NCBI GenBank assembly: GCA_051294375.1 | Contig: JBJCIZ010001664.1 | Coordinates: 1 to 61,675 of the forward strand | Direction: 5' to 3' | From: Paraspadella gotoi | Taxonomy: Eukaryota > Animalia > Chaetognatha | DNA length: 61,675 nucleotides | Shown: piece by piece, positions 47,456 through 59,906 of the stretch | Position numbering within the stretch: the first letter of the stretch is position 1 | Layout: each line of letters begins with the position of its first letter | Translations under genes and position numbers: made by a program | Notes under the pieces: model-generated | Database searches by the model: none | Told to the model about the DNA's origin: nothing | The model's input: the letters and a program-made list of their open reading frames with translations, nothing else

Positions 47456-48483
47456 ATGGAGAGAGAGAGGAGAGAGAGAGAGATATGATATAAAGGAGCA
47501 AAAAGATAAGAGATGAACAAAAACTGTACAGATTAACGCTGGGCAGAGCGGTCTTATTATAAACCGGAGCGAACAAATGCTCTTTTGCAGATAAACACTG
47601 CTCCATAGAAAGAATCTTTACCGATTCAGTTCGCGATGGTTTATCAGAGGAAGCGGCAGCTTGGAATTAATATAGAATTGAGGAATTTTATTTTCTTTTT
47701 GGTTTTTTTATTATAAACTTATACTTTCTTTTGCTGCCTCAGCCTAAAATGGCCTACAAATGTAAGAAATGAAATTCAAATCTCTCTCTTTTCAGTGAAT
47801 TGATAATAATTTCTTGTTTAGGTGAACTTCTCCTTTTCTACTAATATGTAAATAATTTGTTCTACTTCGGGCTTTAAGGTTTTAGGGCTGCTAGAGGTAA
47901 TGACGCGCAATTTTATCAATAATTTGGGCTTATTTGGGCGGCATAGAAGAACATCAACATTTGGCTAATTGATAAATAAAATAGTAATGCGCGAATTAAA
48001 CCCCGGTTCGAGCCTGGCACACCAGCCCTGGATGAAATCGAAAACTGGTAACAATTTAAAATAATTTCAGTAGCGACGCTAAGTGTTTTACACGGGTGGG
48101 CACTCCGATTCCTTTGCGACGCTAAGTGTTTGGACACGGCGAGCATCCGAAGCCGCTGCGACGTTAAGTGTTTTACACGACGGGCACCGGAAGTTTAAAC
48201 ATTTTTGCACGGACGTACGAACATACCGTGCGACGACCGCAAAAATCTAGTCGGATTTAGCTTTTTTCTGCTGACGGACGACGCGAACATACCGCCGACG
48301 ACGGCAGAAATCCGTGAGTGGTTTTTTAAATTTAAATTTCACGTCGTCACATTGTAAAGTCGCGAAGATGGAGACCTGATCGTCTTTCTGCCAATGGAGG
48401 AATCCAGAGAGGATCACCAAGAGAGTTTTCCGTGCCGTTGCTGAATCTTGGTGAATGTTGGAAAATTTTTAACAAACACTACA

Positions 48484-48959
48484 TGTCAGCTAACTCGGAG
48501 CTGACGACGAACAAAGGAATTTGCGAGAAGACGAACTTGAAAACGTGAATCTTCACAGTCTCGTTGGCGAGCTAAATCTCCAAAAAATCTGAAGAAATCT
48601 AATCTAACAAAAATCTAACCAAAAAATGAAGCAGAAAATGTCAAAAAAATGTCTATTATGAGATGAATAATGAGACAAATATTTGCCGTTATGAGAAGAA
48701 TATGAGATGAACAAAATAATCAAGAGAAAAAATAGCTGTCAACGAAGTTTTGTGAGAAAATAGTAACAAAAAGTCGTGAAAGCGAATCGTATGCCAAAAT
48801 GTGATTTGAACTGCAGTTTGGGTCGTTGTACAAGTCGTATTTTGTGAAGAGAGAGAGAGAGAGAGACGAGAGAGAGAGAGAGAGAGACCCAAAAACGTAA
48901 AGCGTCGAATCTTAAGGTCAGTCAGGTCAGTCTCAAAAAGGGCCGATCGTTTCAATACA
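48484..48959 (-). repeat. LTR-like terminal repeat of the BEL/Pao-type element
   Basis: Bounded by TG...CA (TGTCAGC...CAATACA on +). Repeated at ~32300-32794 and ~45003-45450. Contains an (AG)n tract. Confidence 0.7.
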
Positions 48960-50007
48960 GACATAATGACAACTCTCGGCGGATGCAAAAACAAAAAAAT
49001 CTCAGAGTGTGAAAACCCCGAAAAGGCAAACTTCGCTGGAAACTGCTGGAGCAAATGCGCCGCCATCTACGCAAAAGCAGGCTCCGCACAGCTGCAACGA
49101 TGCAACAAGATATGCAGAGGAAAAGCGAACATCTCTTTCGTTCTCAAATTCACAGGCGAAAATGTGAGAATAAAAGGATGCAAGTTCTCGGCCCGCGCAA
49201 CGACATCGCTCCACTTCTTCATATCAGCGATGACCCCTGCGGGCCTAAGTGAAACAAACAAAATTTAAACCCCCCCTGGACGCACTACGGCATAAACTGT
49301 GCGACACCCAAGCCAAAGAGGCACGCACGGCCGCAATGCAAGCGCACAGATCACCGGCCGCAACAACATTTGTCGACCGAGGAAAGATCGCGATTATTAG
49401 GGGAGAATTGCTTGTCACGGCAAACTGTAAAAAACCCTCGCACTAAGGAGACAAAAGACTGCTGGCAAGATTTTCCAATCAGCTACAGAGGTCGCGCAGC
49501 TTTCCGCCACGCGATTTGCCAACACATTGCTAGTACGTCGTACGAAACGCCGTGCGATCCACCACCAGTCTACAAAATCAGCGAGGGTTTCCGTGATGCA
49601 ACCGGACGCCCTTTCAGAAAATATGCATTGCTCACAACATCACTACCAAATGAAAGGACCACGTTACAACGGAAGTGGACCTCTATGACAACGTCGCCAA
49701 ATTCATGGACTTGCACGTGAAGTACACGGGAGAAGCGCAAGAATTCAATGAACACGTGGGAGACATCACGGCGGGCTCACCGGCCTCGCTCTTCAGATCC
49801 ATTATTGGCGATTCCAGCCTCACAAAATGGTGTTCCAGCTTCACACGAATCGTCCCACTCATAGCGTTGGCTGCAGTCATCCTCACCATCGGACTCTGCT
49901 GCTGCCTCTGCTGCTGCAAACTGACGATGCGAACGGCGATTCAGGGAGCCGGAGGAGCGATAAACCATTTGGATGCTTTCATCGCAGGAAAAAACCAGGC
50001 TCTGTAA
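48960..50007 (+). pseudogene. env: env 3' portion with an internal deletion and frameshifts
   Basis: Matches 19354-20463. About 60 bp are missing at ~49250. Split among ORFs starting at 48966, 49249, 49370 and 49675. Confidence 0.9.
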
Positions 50008-50050
50008 GGCAGGATAAACCCGCCGCCTTTGCCGACTGGAGCGGGGGAGG

Positions 50051-50504
50051 CATAAACGTACATGAGGAGCATGCAGCAGCCAGCTGCATCTCCCCATCTT
50101 TGTCTCTCTCCTTCCTCGGCGGGAAGCCAGCAAAAAGCCAGTGTAAAGCCAGCAAGAAGCCGAGGCCCGCCTCACTAGGACCAAACAAAGACCTCACCAA
50201 ACTCTATGACCGCAATAAAGGCCATGGGCCAATTGGAGGGAAGAAGAGGATTAGGGAGGTTGGCAAAAGGGCCAATGAGAAGAAGGCCCAGGACTTGGTG
50301 GGGCAAAGGGATCGAATTCTGTAGTAGAAAGTAGAGGCTTGACTTTGTTTCCTATTCATTCTAGTTTCTAGGCTCGGAAAGCAAAGAGCATTTGAACTTA
50401 CCTTTTGATTCTTGCTGATCATTGACTTTGAAATAAACTCTCGTTTTGTGTTACATCGAATTCTTATATCTCACTAAAATTGGAACTGAGTTAATATGTT
50501 CACG
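50051..50504 (+). repeat. Complete 3' LTR of the Gypsy-type element
   Basis: Follows the PPT; CATAAACG...GTTCACG. Followed by CTAT (50505-50508). Confidence 0.9.
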
Positions 50505-50989
50505 CTATGACAGGAATAGGCGAGATGGACAGCGTAGGAATAAAAGAGATAGAGAGCACTCTACGAGATGCAATAAGATCGGACTTACTGTTTTCCATGA
50601 AGCTGACACTTCGATCACAAAAACTGAAGATGACAAGCTAGGCGAGTGCAAGCATGAATAATATATGGCGCCACAGAGAAGTTACTCACCTAACTGATAA
50701 GTAAATCCTGTTAAATAATCAAAATATTTTAAATGTAAAAGGTAAAATTTTAGATAAATGTTATTTTATGAAAAGAAAATAAACTATTAACAAGTTTGAG
50801 CAAACAATGTCGGATCTGCCTACGATAATTAATTAATTAATTAATTAATTTTAATATGTAATAATTAATTTTAAATTTATATTCAACTTATCAGCATCGA
50901 TGTCCTTAAAATTGGGTTAGGACAGTTATTAAATATGTTTTGTTTACATTTTATCAAAACAAACAAATATCCTCTATTTTATTTTGTCT

Positions 50990-51037
<48 letters not shown>

Positions 51038-51052
51038 ATGCAATTGCGACGA

Positions 51053-52294
51053 CACGGTAGGGCAGAGAGGATGTGAAAGAAATAAAAAAAGTGCCATCTC
51101 TGAAACCTATAAAATCTTAAAGTATACCCATGAGACACTTAATGTGGTAGGTCAGTGAAATTCGATAAAGGCAAGTTTTTTTTTAAATGCTTATTAAAGT
51201 TTTTGAAAATTTTTTATAAAATTTTTTAAATAGTTTAGTGAAAATGCTTACAATTTTTATGTCTATACATCTATCATTATCTACAGAGCATAAGCTTTAA
51301 TTTGAGACCTCTTCCAACTTTTTGCGATTTTTTGTTATTGAATTATAAGTAAAAATCATAATTTTTAAAAAAAATTCATAATCAATCAGTTCTTTCAAAC
51401 GGATTATTTCTAAAAATAAAAGTACAAATAGATTCTCAAAATGCAGTTCTACTTATTAAGCCCTAAAAACAAATTTCTAAAAAAATTGATATAAATTTAT
51501 TTTAAAAAATAAATAATACAGATAATTAATTTTATTTTTTTTAGGAAAATATGTGATATTTAATTAAAACTTAATCTCAAATAAAATAACAGATAAATAT
51601 TAGTTGAGCACTTTAATTCAAAATCATATCCAGCTTTAAAAAGTAATTATATGATTTATTACTTATCAAAAAACAATTTTATTCATAAAATTATATTATA
51701 ATAATAACTCACCCAATATTTGATATATATTATTAATAGACAAATGTGTAAAAATATTAACAAACATAATGCTTTAACTTTTAATACTTAATTAGAGTAT
51801 ATATTAATATTTTTCAAAATATTTTTTTTATTTTTAAAATTTTTTATATTAAAATTATTATTAATTAAAAAAAAATATTTTGAAGCCTAAAAAGTAAAAC
51901 TGTATTTTGAGAACATATTTTTATTTTTATTTTTAAGAAATAATCTGTTCAATGGTACTAATTGATTAATCTTTTTTAAAAAAAAATATTTAATTTTTAC
52001 TTATATTTCAATAGCGAAAAGTAATAGAAAGTTGGGAGTGGTTTCAAATTAAAGCTTATGCTTTGTAGATAATGATAGACATATAGACATTCAAATTGTA
52101 AGCATATTCACTAAACTACTTAAAATTTTTTATAAAAAAATTAAAAAACTGTAATGAGCATTTAAAAAAAACCTGCCTTTATCGAATTTTACTGACATAC
52201 CACATTAAGTGTTTCATGGGTATACTTTAAGATTTTATAGGTTTCAGAGATGGCACTTTTTTTGTTTCTTTCACATCCTCTCTGCCCTACCGTG
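51053..52294. mobile_element. Chapaev-like (CMC) non-autonomous fold-back element with 4-bp TSD ACGA
   Basis: Termini CACGGTAGGGCAGAG...CTCTGCCCTACCGTG, with inverted arms several hundred bp long. ACGA at 51049-51052 and 52295-52298. The empty site GCAATTGCGACGATCTT is seen in reverse at ~57546-57562. Confidence 0.8.
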
Positions 52295-53139
52295 ACGATC
52301 TTTATGCTTTTAAGATTTTTTTAACTTGCATCTTTTTTTCACATTAATGTGACTTATGTTTTTTCCATCTAAACTCATTTCCAATTCATTTATTTATCTA
52401 TTAATTAATTATTAATCAATCAGATTCATTATCTATTATTTGATTGTTCAATCAATTCATAAGTCATCATTATCGGCATTAATTCTCATCGTCGTCATTG
52501 CTTTTGTCCATGGTTAGTGGACGAAAAATCCTAAAACATAACATTTCAAAATCAATTAATTATAATTGCCTAATTATTGCTCATGAGTGGATGGGCAATT
52601 GACTCTAGAATTTGTATGTGGGTAGTGAAAGTGTGTGATTGTAACTGAAACAATTTCGATGGAATCGTTGAGTGGAATGAGTTTAATGGAAAAAAACAAA
52701 AACATGATTATACTTCTTTTTCCTTTTATATTAAATGTATATGCAGGATGTATTAATAAATCAAATGAATTAATCAGTTAACTTATAAATTAGTCAATTA
52801 ATCATAATTAATTATAGTCAATAATCGTCCATCCGTCCACCTTAGCAAAACTCCAAAATAACTGTGATTGGCTGGTTGAATGGAAATGAAATTTTGTGAG
52901 TGGGTGGAAATGTGTGACGAAAGCTTGATATAAAGTTTCGGTGGAAAGTAGAGTGGAAATGAGTTTAAATGAAAAATATGAGTCACATTCACTTGATTTT
53001 TTATTTATTAACCATGATAGATTTGAGAGAAAATTTGTGAGCAGAAGCAGATATAAAGTTTTGACGAATGTGCAAGTGAAATGAGTTTAAATGGAATAAT
53101 GATTACTAATAAATGTTTTAAATTAATTAATTAATTAAC

Positions 53140-53315
53140 AATGTGAAAAATGATGCAATTTAAAAAATTATGCTAGTGAAAAATGATGCAAGTTGAAAAA
53201 ATGATGCAAGTTGAAAGAATGATGAAAGTTGAAAAAATGATGCAAATTGAAAAAATGATGCAAAATGGGAAAAAGTTTGGATTTGCAAGTTGAAAAAATT
53301 GATGCAAGTTAAAAA
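53140..53315 (+). repeat. 18-bp minisatellite GAAAAAATGATGCAAGTT
   Basis: About 9 imperfect units. Shorter arrays at ~54990 and ~56185. Confidence 0.85.
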
Positions 53316-53844
53316 AATCTTAAAGCAATCGTCGCAATTGAACTAAAAAAAAGAGAAGAGAGAGAAAAACATAAAAAAAATTTAATTAATTATAAAAAAT
53401 TAATTATTAATAAATTTAATAATAATTATTTATAATAAATTAAAATAATTAATAATTAATTAATTAATAAATTAATAATAATTTCTATTAATAATTATTT
53501 ATTAATAATTATTTATATAATTAACTTAATAATTTAATACTTAATATTAATTAAAAATAATAATTTAATGTAATTAATTAATTAATTAATAATTAATAAC
53601 TTAATAATATATTTATTAATAATTATTAATTAATAATTAATTAAATAATTAATAATTAATATTAATATTAATATAATTAATAATTAATTATTAAATAAAT
53701 AATTATTAATAAATAAATAATTAAATTAATTAATAGTAATTAATTAACTTGTTAAGAGTTCTCTCTCTCTCTATCTCCTCTTGATTGATTGATTGATTGA
53801 TTGATGATTGATTGATTGATTTCCAAATATCAATTGACAAAAAT

Positions 53845-54150
53845 ATGCAGTTGACCAATTATGCCAGTTTGACCACAATTCTGCAAAGTTGATACAAGTT
53901 CTGCAAGTTGACGCAAATATGCCTGTTGAACCAAATTATGCCAGTTGACCAAATTAGGCCAGTTTTGATAAAATTATGCAAAGTTGACCAATTATGCCGG
54001 TTGACCAAATTATCTTAATTGATCAATTAATGTCAGTGGACAATTATGTCAGTTGACCAATTATGTCAGTAAACTTAAATTATGTCAGTTAACAAATTTA
54101 TTGTCAGTTGACGCTTAATGCAAGTTGATTAAATTATGCCAGTTGACCAA
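53845..54150 (-). repeat. 18-bp minisatellite (ATAATTTGGTCAACTGGC), reverse orientation
   Basis: Repeated GTTGACCAAATTATGCCA-like units. Confidence 0.85.
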
Positions 54151-54179
54151 GTAAGCTTATTACCACTTAATTATCGATT

Positions 54180-54930
54180 GACCTGGAATTTTGTATGTGA
54201 GTAGAAAAAGTGTGTGATTGAACAGGAGACAAACCAAGTTTCGATGGAATCTTTTGAGTGGAAATGAGTTTAAATGGAAAAACAAAAAACCTGTTTCACT
54301 AATTGATTATGATTCTTTTTCCTTTATATAAATGTATTATCAGGATGTATTAATAATCAAATAATTAATCAGTTAATTAATCAATTAGTCAATTAATTAA
54401 TCAATAATTAATTAACAGTCAATCAATCCGTCATCGTCCCCTTAGCAAAAGCTCCAATAACTCGTGATTGGCTGTTGGATGGAATTGAAATTTTGTGTGT
54501 GGGTAGGAAAGTGTGTGATAAAGCTGGATATAAAGTTTCGACGGAATCGTGTGAGTGGAATATGAGTTTAAGTGGAAAAAACATAAGTCGCATTTACTAA
54601 AATATTTTACTTATTTTAACAATAAGTACTTCAATTAATCATAATTGGATGGATAGATTGAGTTCAAATTTTTTGTGTGGGGTAGAAAAATGTGTAACGA
54701 TGCTTGATATAAAGTTTCGGTGGAAACGTACGAGTGGAAATGAGTTTAAATGAAAAAAATATGAGTCACATTTACCTTGAATCTTTTTACTTATTTTAAC
54801 CTTAATAGATTGAGATGAAATTTTGTGAGCGGGTAGGAAAGTGTTGTGAAGAACCTAGATATAAAGTTTGGAAATTGTGCCAGTGGAAATGAGTTTAAAT
54901 GGAAAAAAATAAGTCACATTTACTTGAATC
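54180..54930 (+). repeat. Diverged ~150-180-bp tandem repeat; inverted copy at ~60310-61070
   Basis: Recurrent AAAGTTTCG..GGAA...GAGTGGAAATGAGTTTAAATGGAAAAA. Also at 52600-53100, 55960-56120 and 57380-57450. Confidence 0.75.
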
Positions 54931-55094
54931 TTTTATTTTTATACATTTATGATTACTAATAAATGTTTTAATTAATTAATTATTAATGTAAAAAATGATG
55001 CAAATTAAAAAATATGCAAGTTGAAAAATGATGCAAGCAGAAAAATGATGCAAAGTTAAAAAAATCTAAAAGCATAAGGATCGTCGCAATTGCA

Positions 55095-55133
<39 letters not shown>

Positions 55134-56294
55134 AGAGGAGCAGAAAAATGAGCATAGGATCGTCGCAATTACAAAGGAGAAAAAAGGAGAGAGAGAGAGA
55201 GAGAGAGAGAAGAGAGAGAGCAGCAGAAAAATGGCAAAGACGTCCAATTGCAAAGAGAGAGAGAGAGAGGAGAAGAGAGAAAGATGAGTGCGAGATAAAA
55301 ATTAGGATATGTTAATCACGAATACTTAAAGATATAAACAAACGATATATTTCGATAAGTATACGAATCAGCGTAATTGACATTTTTACTTAGTCTAAAA
55401 AAATTTTTTCTACAAGATCATAAGGTTTATCTTGTTCAATTGCAAGGTGAGTTGAGTAAGTTTGAGAGATTAGTTAGAATAAGAAAGAAGAAAAAGAAAT
55501 TGACCGAATATATTATTAAGAACGGGTTCTTGTAGAGCTTACAAAGTTAATCTAAAAGTTAGTACTATAATTTTTTCAAAATTTTGACAATAAATTGGTT
55601 TAAAATAGAAAAAATGCTTAAACATCATCATCATCATCATTATTGGCTGAATTTTAATTCTTTTTAAATTTTTTCATTAATAAAACAACCAAAAAATTTT
55701 AAAAAAGTGTATAATAACCTTATGCTAACTTTTAAAGCTCTATCAGAACTATAACAAAAATTGAAAGCAAATTTAAAATTTTTTTTATTTTTCATATTAT
55801 TAATAGTGCGCTTAACTTATTATTTAGAACTTCTGTCAAACCTGTTCGTGCTAATATCTAGTAAGGCGGGCCAAAATTTTGTGAATTAGCTTCATTGGAT
55901 TGTTGGCACTTGAAGCTTTTAATAGTTATTAATATATAATAATTATATAAGTTTTGATAACGGGAATTGTGGCATGGAAATGAGTTTTTAGATTGGAAAA
56001 AACATAAGTACATAATGTTGAGAATAAAGANNNNNNNNNNNNNNNNNNNNNNNNNTGACGGAATTGTGACAGTGGAAGATGATTTAAATGGAAAAACATA
56101 AGTCAACATTTTACTGAATCTTTATTAATTTATGATTACTGTTTATGATTACTAATAATGTTTTAATTAATTAATTATTAATGTAGAAAAAATGATGCAA
56201 TTTAAAAAATTATGCAGATTGAAAAAATGATGCAAGGGAAAAAAATGATACAAGTTAAAAAAATCTAAAAGCATAAGGATCGTCGCAATTGCAA

Positions 56295-56333
<39 letters not shown>

Positions 56334-56427
56334 AAAAAATGAGCATAAGGATCGTCGCAATTGCAAAGAGAGAGAGAGAGAGAGAGAGAAAATAGAAAGA
56401 CTGAAGCAAAGAGAGAGAGAGAGAAGA

Positions 56428-56464
<37 letters not shown>

Positions 56465-57071
56465 GAGAGAGAGTCCGAGATAAAAATTAAATAAAAAACG
56501 GGTTCTTGTAGAGCTTAAAAAGTTAAATGAAAGTTAGTACTATAATTTTTTCAAATTTTGACAATAAATTGGTTAAAAATAGAAAAAATCTTAAAACATC
56601 ATCATCATCATCATTATTGGCTGAATTTTATTTTTTTAAATTTTTCATTAATAAAACAAAAAATTTTAAAAAGTTGTATTAATAACCTTAATCTAACTTT
56701 TAAAGCTCTATCAGAATGTATAACAAAAATTGACAAGCAAAATTTTAAAATTTTTTTTCATTTTCATATTATTTAATAGTCGCTTAACTATTATTTATTT
56801 TCAACCTGTTCCGGCCTAATATCTAGTAAGGCGGGCCAAAATTGAACACTTTTTATAACTTCTAACTTCAATGTAACTTTTTGAATTAGTTTATTGGGTT
56901 GTTGCACTGAAGCTTTTAAATATTTATTAATATATAATAATTTAAGGAATAACAGATTTTTTACTGTGTAACAACGAATTTTTATTTCATACGGACATGT
57001 TTCGACTCTGTGGTTGAGAGTCTTCATCAGCATTTGATTCAATCAACAATTTTCTCTTTAATGTTAGTTTT

Positions 57072-57128
<57 letters not shown>

Positions 57129-57964
57129 GAATAGAGAGAGAGAGACAAAAAGAGGGAGATTCCAACAAAGAATTGAGAAAGGACAGGTGAAGGTAAGGGC
57201 AAGGAAGAAGATAAATTGGTTGAAATTTTGAAAGGTGAAAAAATTGAGGGAGAGAGAGAGAATAACAGAGGCAGAGAAAATAGTTACATTTGGTAATGTA
57301 CAAAGTAAAAAATATGTTATTCCTTAAACACAAACACAACGAAAAAGAAAGAATCACAACAATGTATATAATAATTATATAAAGTTTGACGGAATTGTGC
57401 CAGTGGAAATGAGTTTAGATGGAAAAAACATAAGTCACATTTACTTGAATCTTTAATATTAATGATTACTAATAAATGTTTAATTAATTAATTAATTAAT
57501 TAATTAATGTGAAAAAATAGCAAGTTAAAAAAATCTTAAAGCATAAAGATCGTCGCAATTGCATAAAAAGAGAGAGAGAGAGAGAGAGAGAGGAAAGAAT
57601 AAGAACATAAGTAAAATAGAGGATATTTGTTTGTTTTGATAAATGTAAACAAAACATATTTAATAACTGTCCTAACCAATTTTAAGGACATCGATGATGA
57701 TAAGTTGAATATAAATTTAAAATTAATTATTACATATTAAAATTAATTAATTAATTAATCGATTAATTAATTAATTAATTAATTAATTATCGTAGGCAGA
57801 TCCGACATTGTTTGCTCAACTTGTTATATAAAAACAGCGTGACGCCGACGACGACGACTACGTCACAAAGAAGCAATCCTAAACATTATAAAACTCGATA
57901 AAAATAATATTTTTCACTTCAATTAATCAATCAATCAACCGATACCAACTTGCAACCAATACCA

Positions 57965-58340
57965 ACTTGCATAATTTGGTCAACTTGCATAATTTAGTCA
58001 ACTGACATAATTTGGTCAACTGACATAATTTGGTCAACTTTCATAATTTGATCAACTTTCATAATTTGGTCAACTTTAACAATTTGGTCAACTGGCATAA
58101 TTTGGTAATTTTTTTATAATTTAGTCAACATGCATAATTTGGTTAACCTTCATAATTAGTAAACTTTCATAATTTGGTCAACTTCATAATTTGGTCAACT
58201 TTCATAATTTAATCAACTTGCATAATTTGGTCAACTTGCATAATTTAGTCAATTGTATAATTTTGTCAACTGGCATAAATTGGTCAATTTGCTTAATTTG
58301 GTCAACTCATAATTTGGTCAACTGTCATAATTTGGTCAAC
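57965..58340 (+). repeat. 18-bp minisatellite CATAATTTGGTCAACT(T/G)(T/G)
   Basis: About 20 units. Confidence 0.9.
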
Positions 58341-58343
58341 AGA

Positions 58344-59541
58344 GGAGATCCTGATTATTATTATTATTAGTAAGAAAGAAAATAAAATCGCCGGTCGAAT
58401 TTTTTAGAAATTCCATTGCCCGATAAGAAATTATTTTCAATTCTTTTTTGTATTTTGTTTACCAAGGTAACCAAAGTTTCTCTCTCTATAAAAATGAATG
58501 CCACTTTGTACAATTAGCCAATTCGATTCCATTCGCTTTTCTGATTTCAATAAATCGATTCATCTCATTTTGTTCGCCATTTTTATCTCGACCACCTCCA
58601 CTTGATGGCAGCGGTGGGTCCCACTTAATTGGTGGGATTAAACCTACAAAGAAGATGCGTCTGAGTATGGCAAAAGATGAATCTTTTGGCATCGGGACTT
58701 TTGAAGAAATGAGAAAACGTCATCGCAAAACGACATAAAATGGGTGGTTTTTTTTGTGTCGCCAAGGGGATATGTGGAAATTGGACTAACGTTTCTCCTT
58801 CTTTATTAAAGTCTCTGCCAACATCAATTTTTTGCGGTAAAAGTTCATCATCTTTGGGCACGTAAGCGTCACATTCTATGGGCAAGTTTTGGATGCCAAG
58901 AAGGCCACATGGATTGGCGATGGGAGGGGCAATGTTTGAGACCAGTGGATCATGTTTGTGTTTGCGGCAACATGCACTGGTAGTCACTTGTACATGTACT
59001 GGAGAATCAGCCCTGGTTATGCCTCCAACGTCACAGAGAATTTGCGTCACAATGCTACGTCATCACTCCTTTCAAAGTCTAAATATTTGCTCATCGTTTT
59101 GTGCTGTTCACAGTTTCATTGATGCTATCAACTTCATCACAAACTGGATGTCTATTGTGATTCATAAATTAGAACTATGTAATTATACTCTGCTTGAATT
59201 TACATGTGTGAGTTACCGACGCTACCGTATATTTAGCTAAATTATTATTAAATTTTATTTTGATATTTTCATATTATTTAGCTTTGCCTGGCCAAAAAGA
59301 AATTACCACGATGTGTACTTTAATTTTAGAAAGTGGCTATTTTTAAATTAATTTTATTTGTTTTAATTAATACTCATTGTTTTCTTTGGTGCGTAGCCGA
59401 GTGGAGATCCTGATTATTATTATTAGTAAGAAAGAAAATAAAATCGCCGGTCGAATTCTTTAGAAATTCCATTGCCCGATAAGAAATTATTTTGAATTCT
59501 TTTTTGTATTTTGTTTACCAATGTAACCAAAGTTTCTCTCT
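58344..59541 (+). repeat. Pair of ~140-bp direct repeats (58344-58485, 59403-59541) flanking a less AT-rich segment
   Basis: GGAGATCCTGATTATT...AAATCGCCGGTCGAATT...CCAAAGTTTCTCTCT occurs twice. Confidence 0.85.
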
Positions 59542-59906
59542 ATCAAAATTCCTTTAAACTCACTTTCACTTGCACACTTTTCTACCCACACACAAAATTT
59601 TATCTTAATTTATCTATGAAATTCTAAATAGTAGAAGGGTTTAATGTTTTAATTCATTTATAAAATAATTAATTAATTAACTTTGCAATTTGGGTAGTCA
59701 GATTTGAAAGGAATCTCTATTAGAAAAATGTTGAATTTTTTTTAAGCGAGATTTTCGTCTACCTTTCTTTTATTTCTTGAAATTATATATATATATTTTT
59801 TTTCTTTTTCGTTTTTACCTTTTCCGGTTTTATGATTTTTACATTTGATCCTTGACGTTCTTGAACATTATTTTTTATAGTTTCTTATGAATTAGTTCAT
59901 AACATT

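Larger units (their letters stand above)
50788..57826. repeat. Large inverted-repeat structure (arms ~50788-52390 minus the MITE, and ~57400-57826)
   Basis: TAACAAGTTTGAGCAAACAATGTCGGATCTGCCTACG at the left and its near-exact reverse complement at the right. (TC)n/(GA)n and AT tracts are mirrored. Confidence 0.7.

Noticed and set aside
46660-47606. Long ORFs rich in Ser/Leu or Arg/Glu
   Set aside because: They arise from (CT)n/(GA)n low-complexity tracts.
48001-48024. tRNA-like GGTTCGAGCC...ACCA
   Set aside because: The T-stem does not pair properly, and no D arm or anticodon arm can be built.
49827-50324. nef/sag-like ORF running from env into the LTR (also 344-667, 20283-20723)
   Set aside because: The frame differs between copies and LTR substitutions are mostly non-synonymous, so there is no sign of coding constraint.
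57965-58340. CRISPR-like array (also 48073-48190)
   Set aside because: The units are contiguous or have related spacers, the context is eukaryotic, and there are no cas genes. These are minisatellites.
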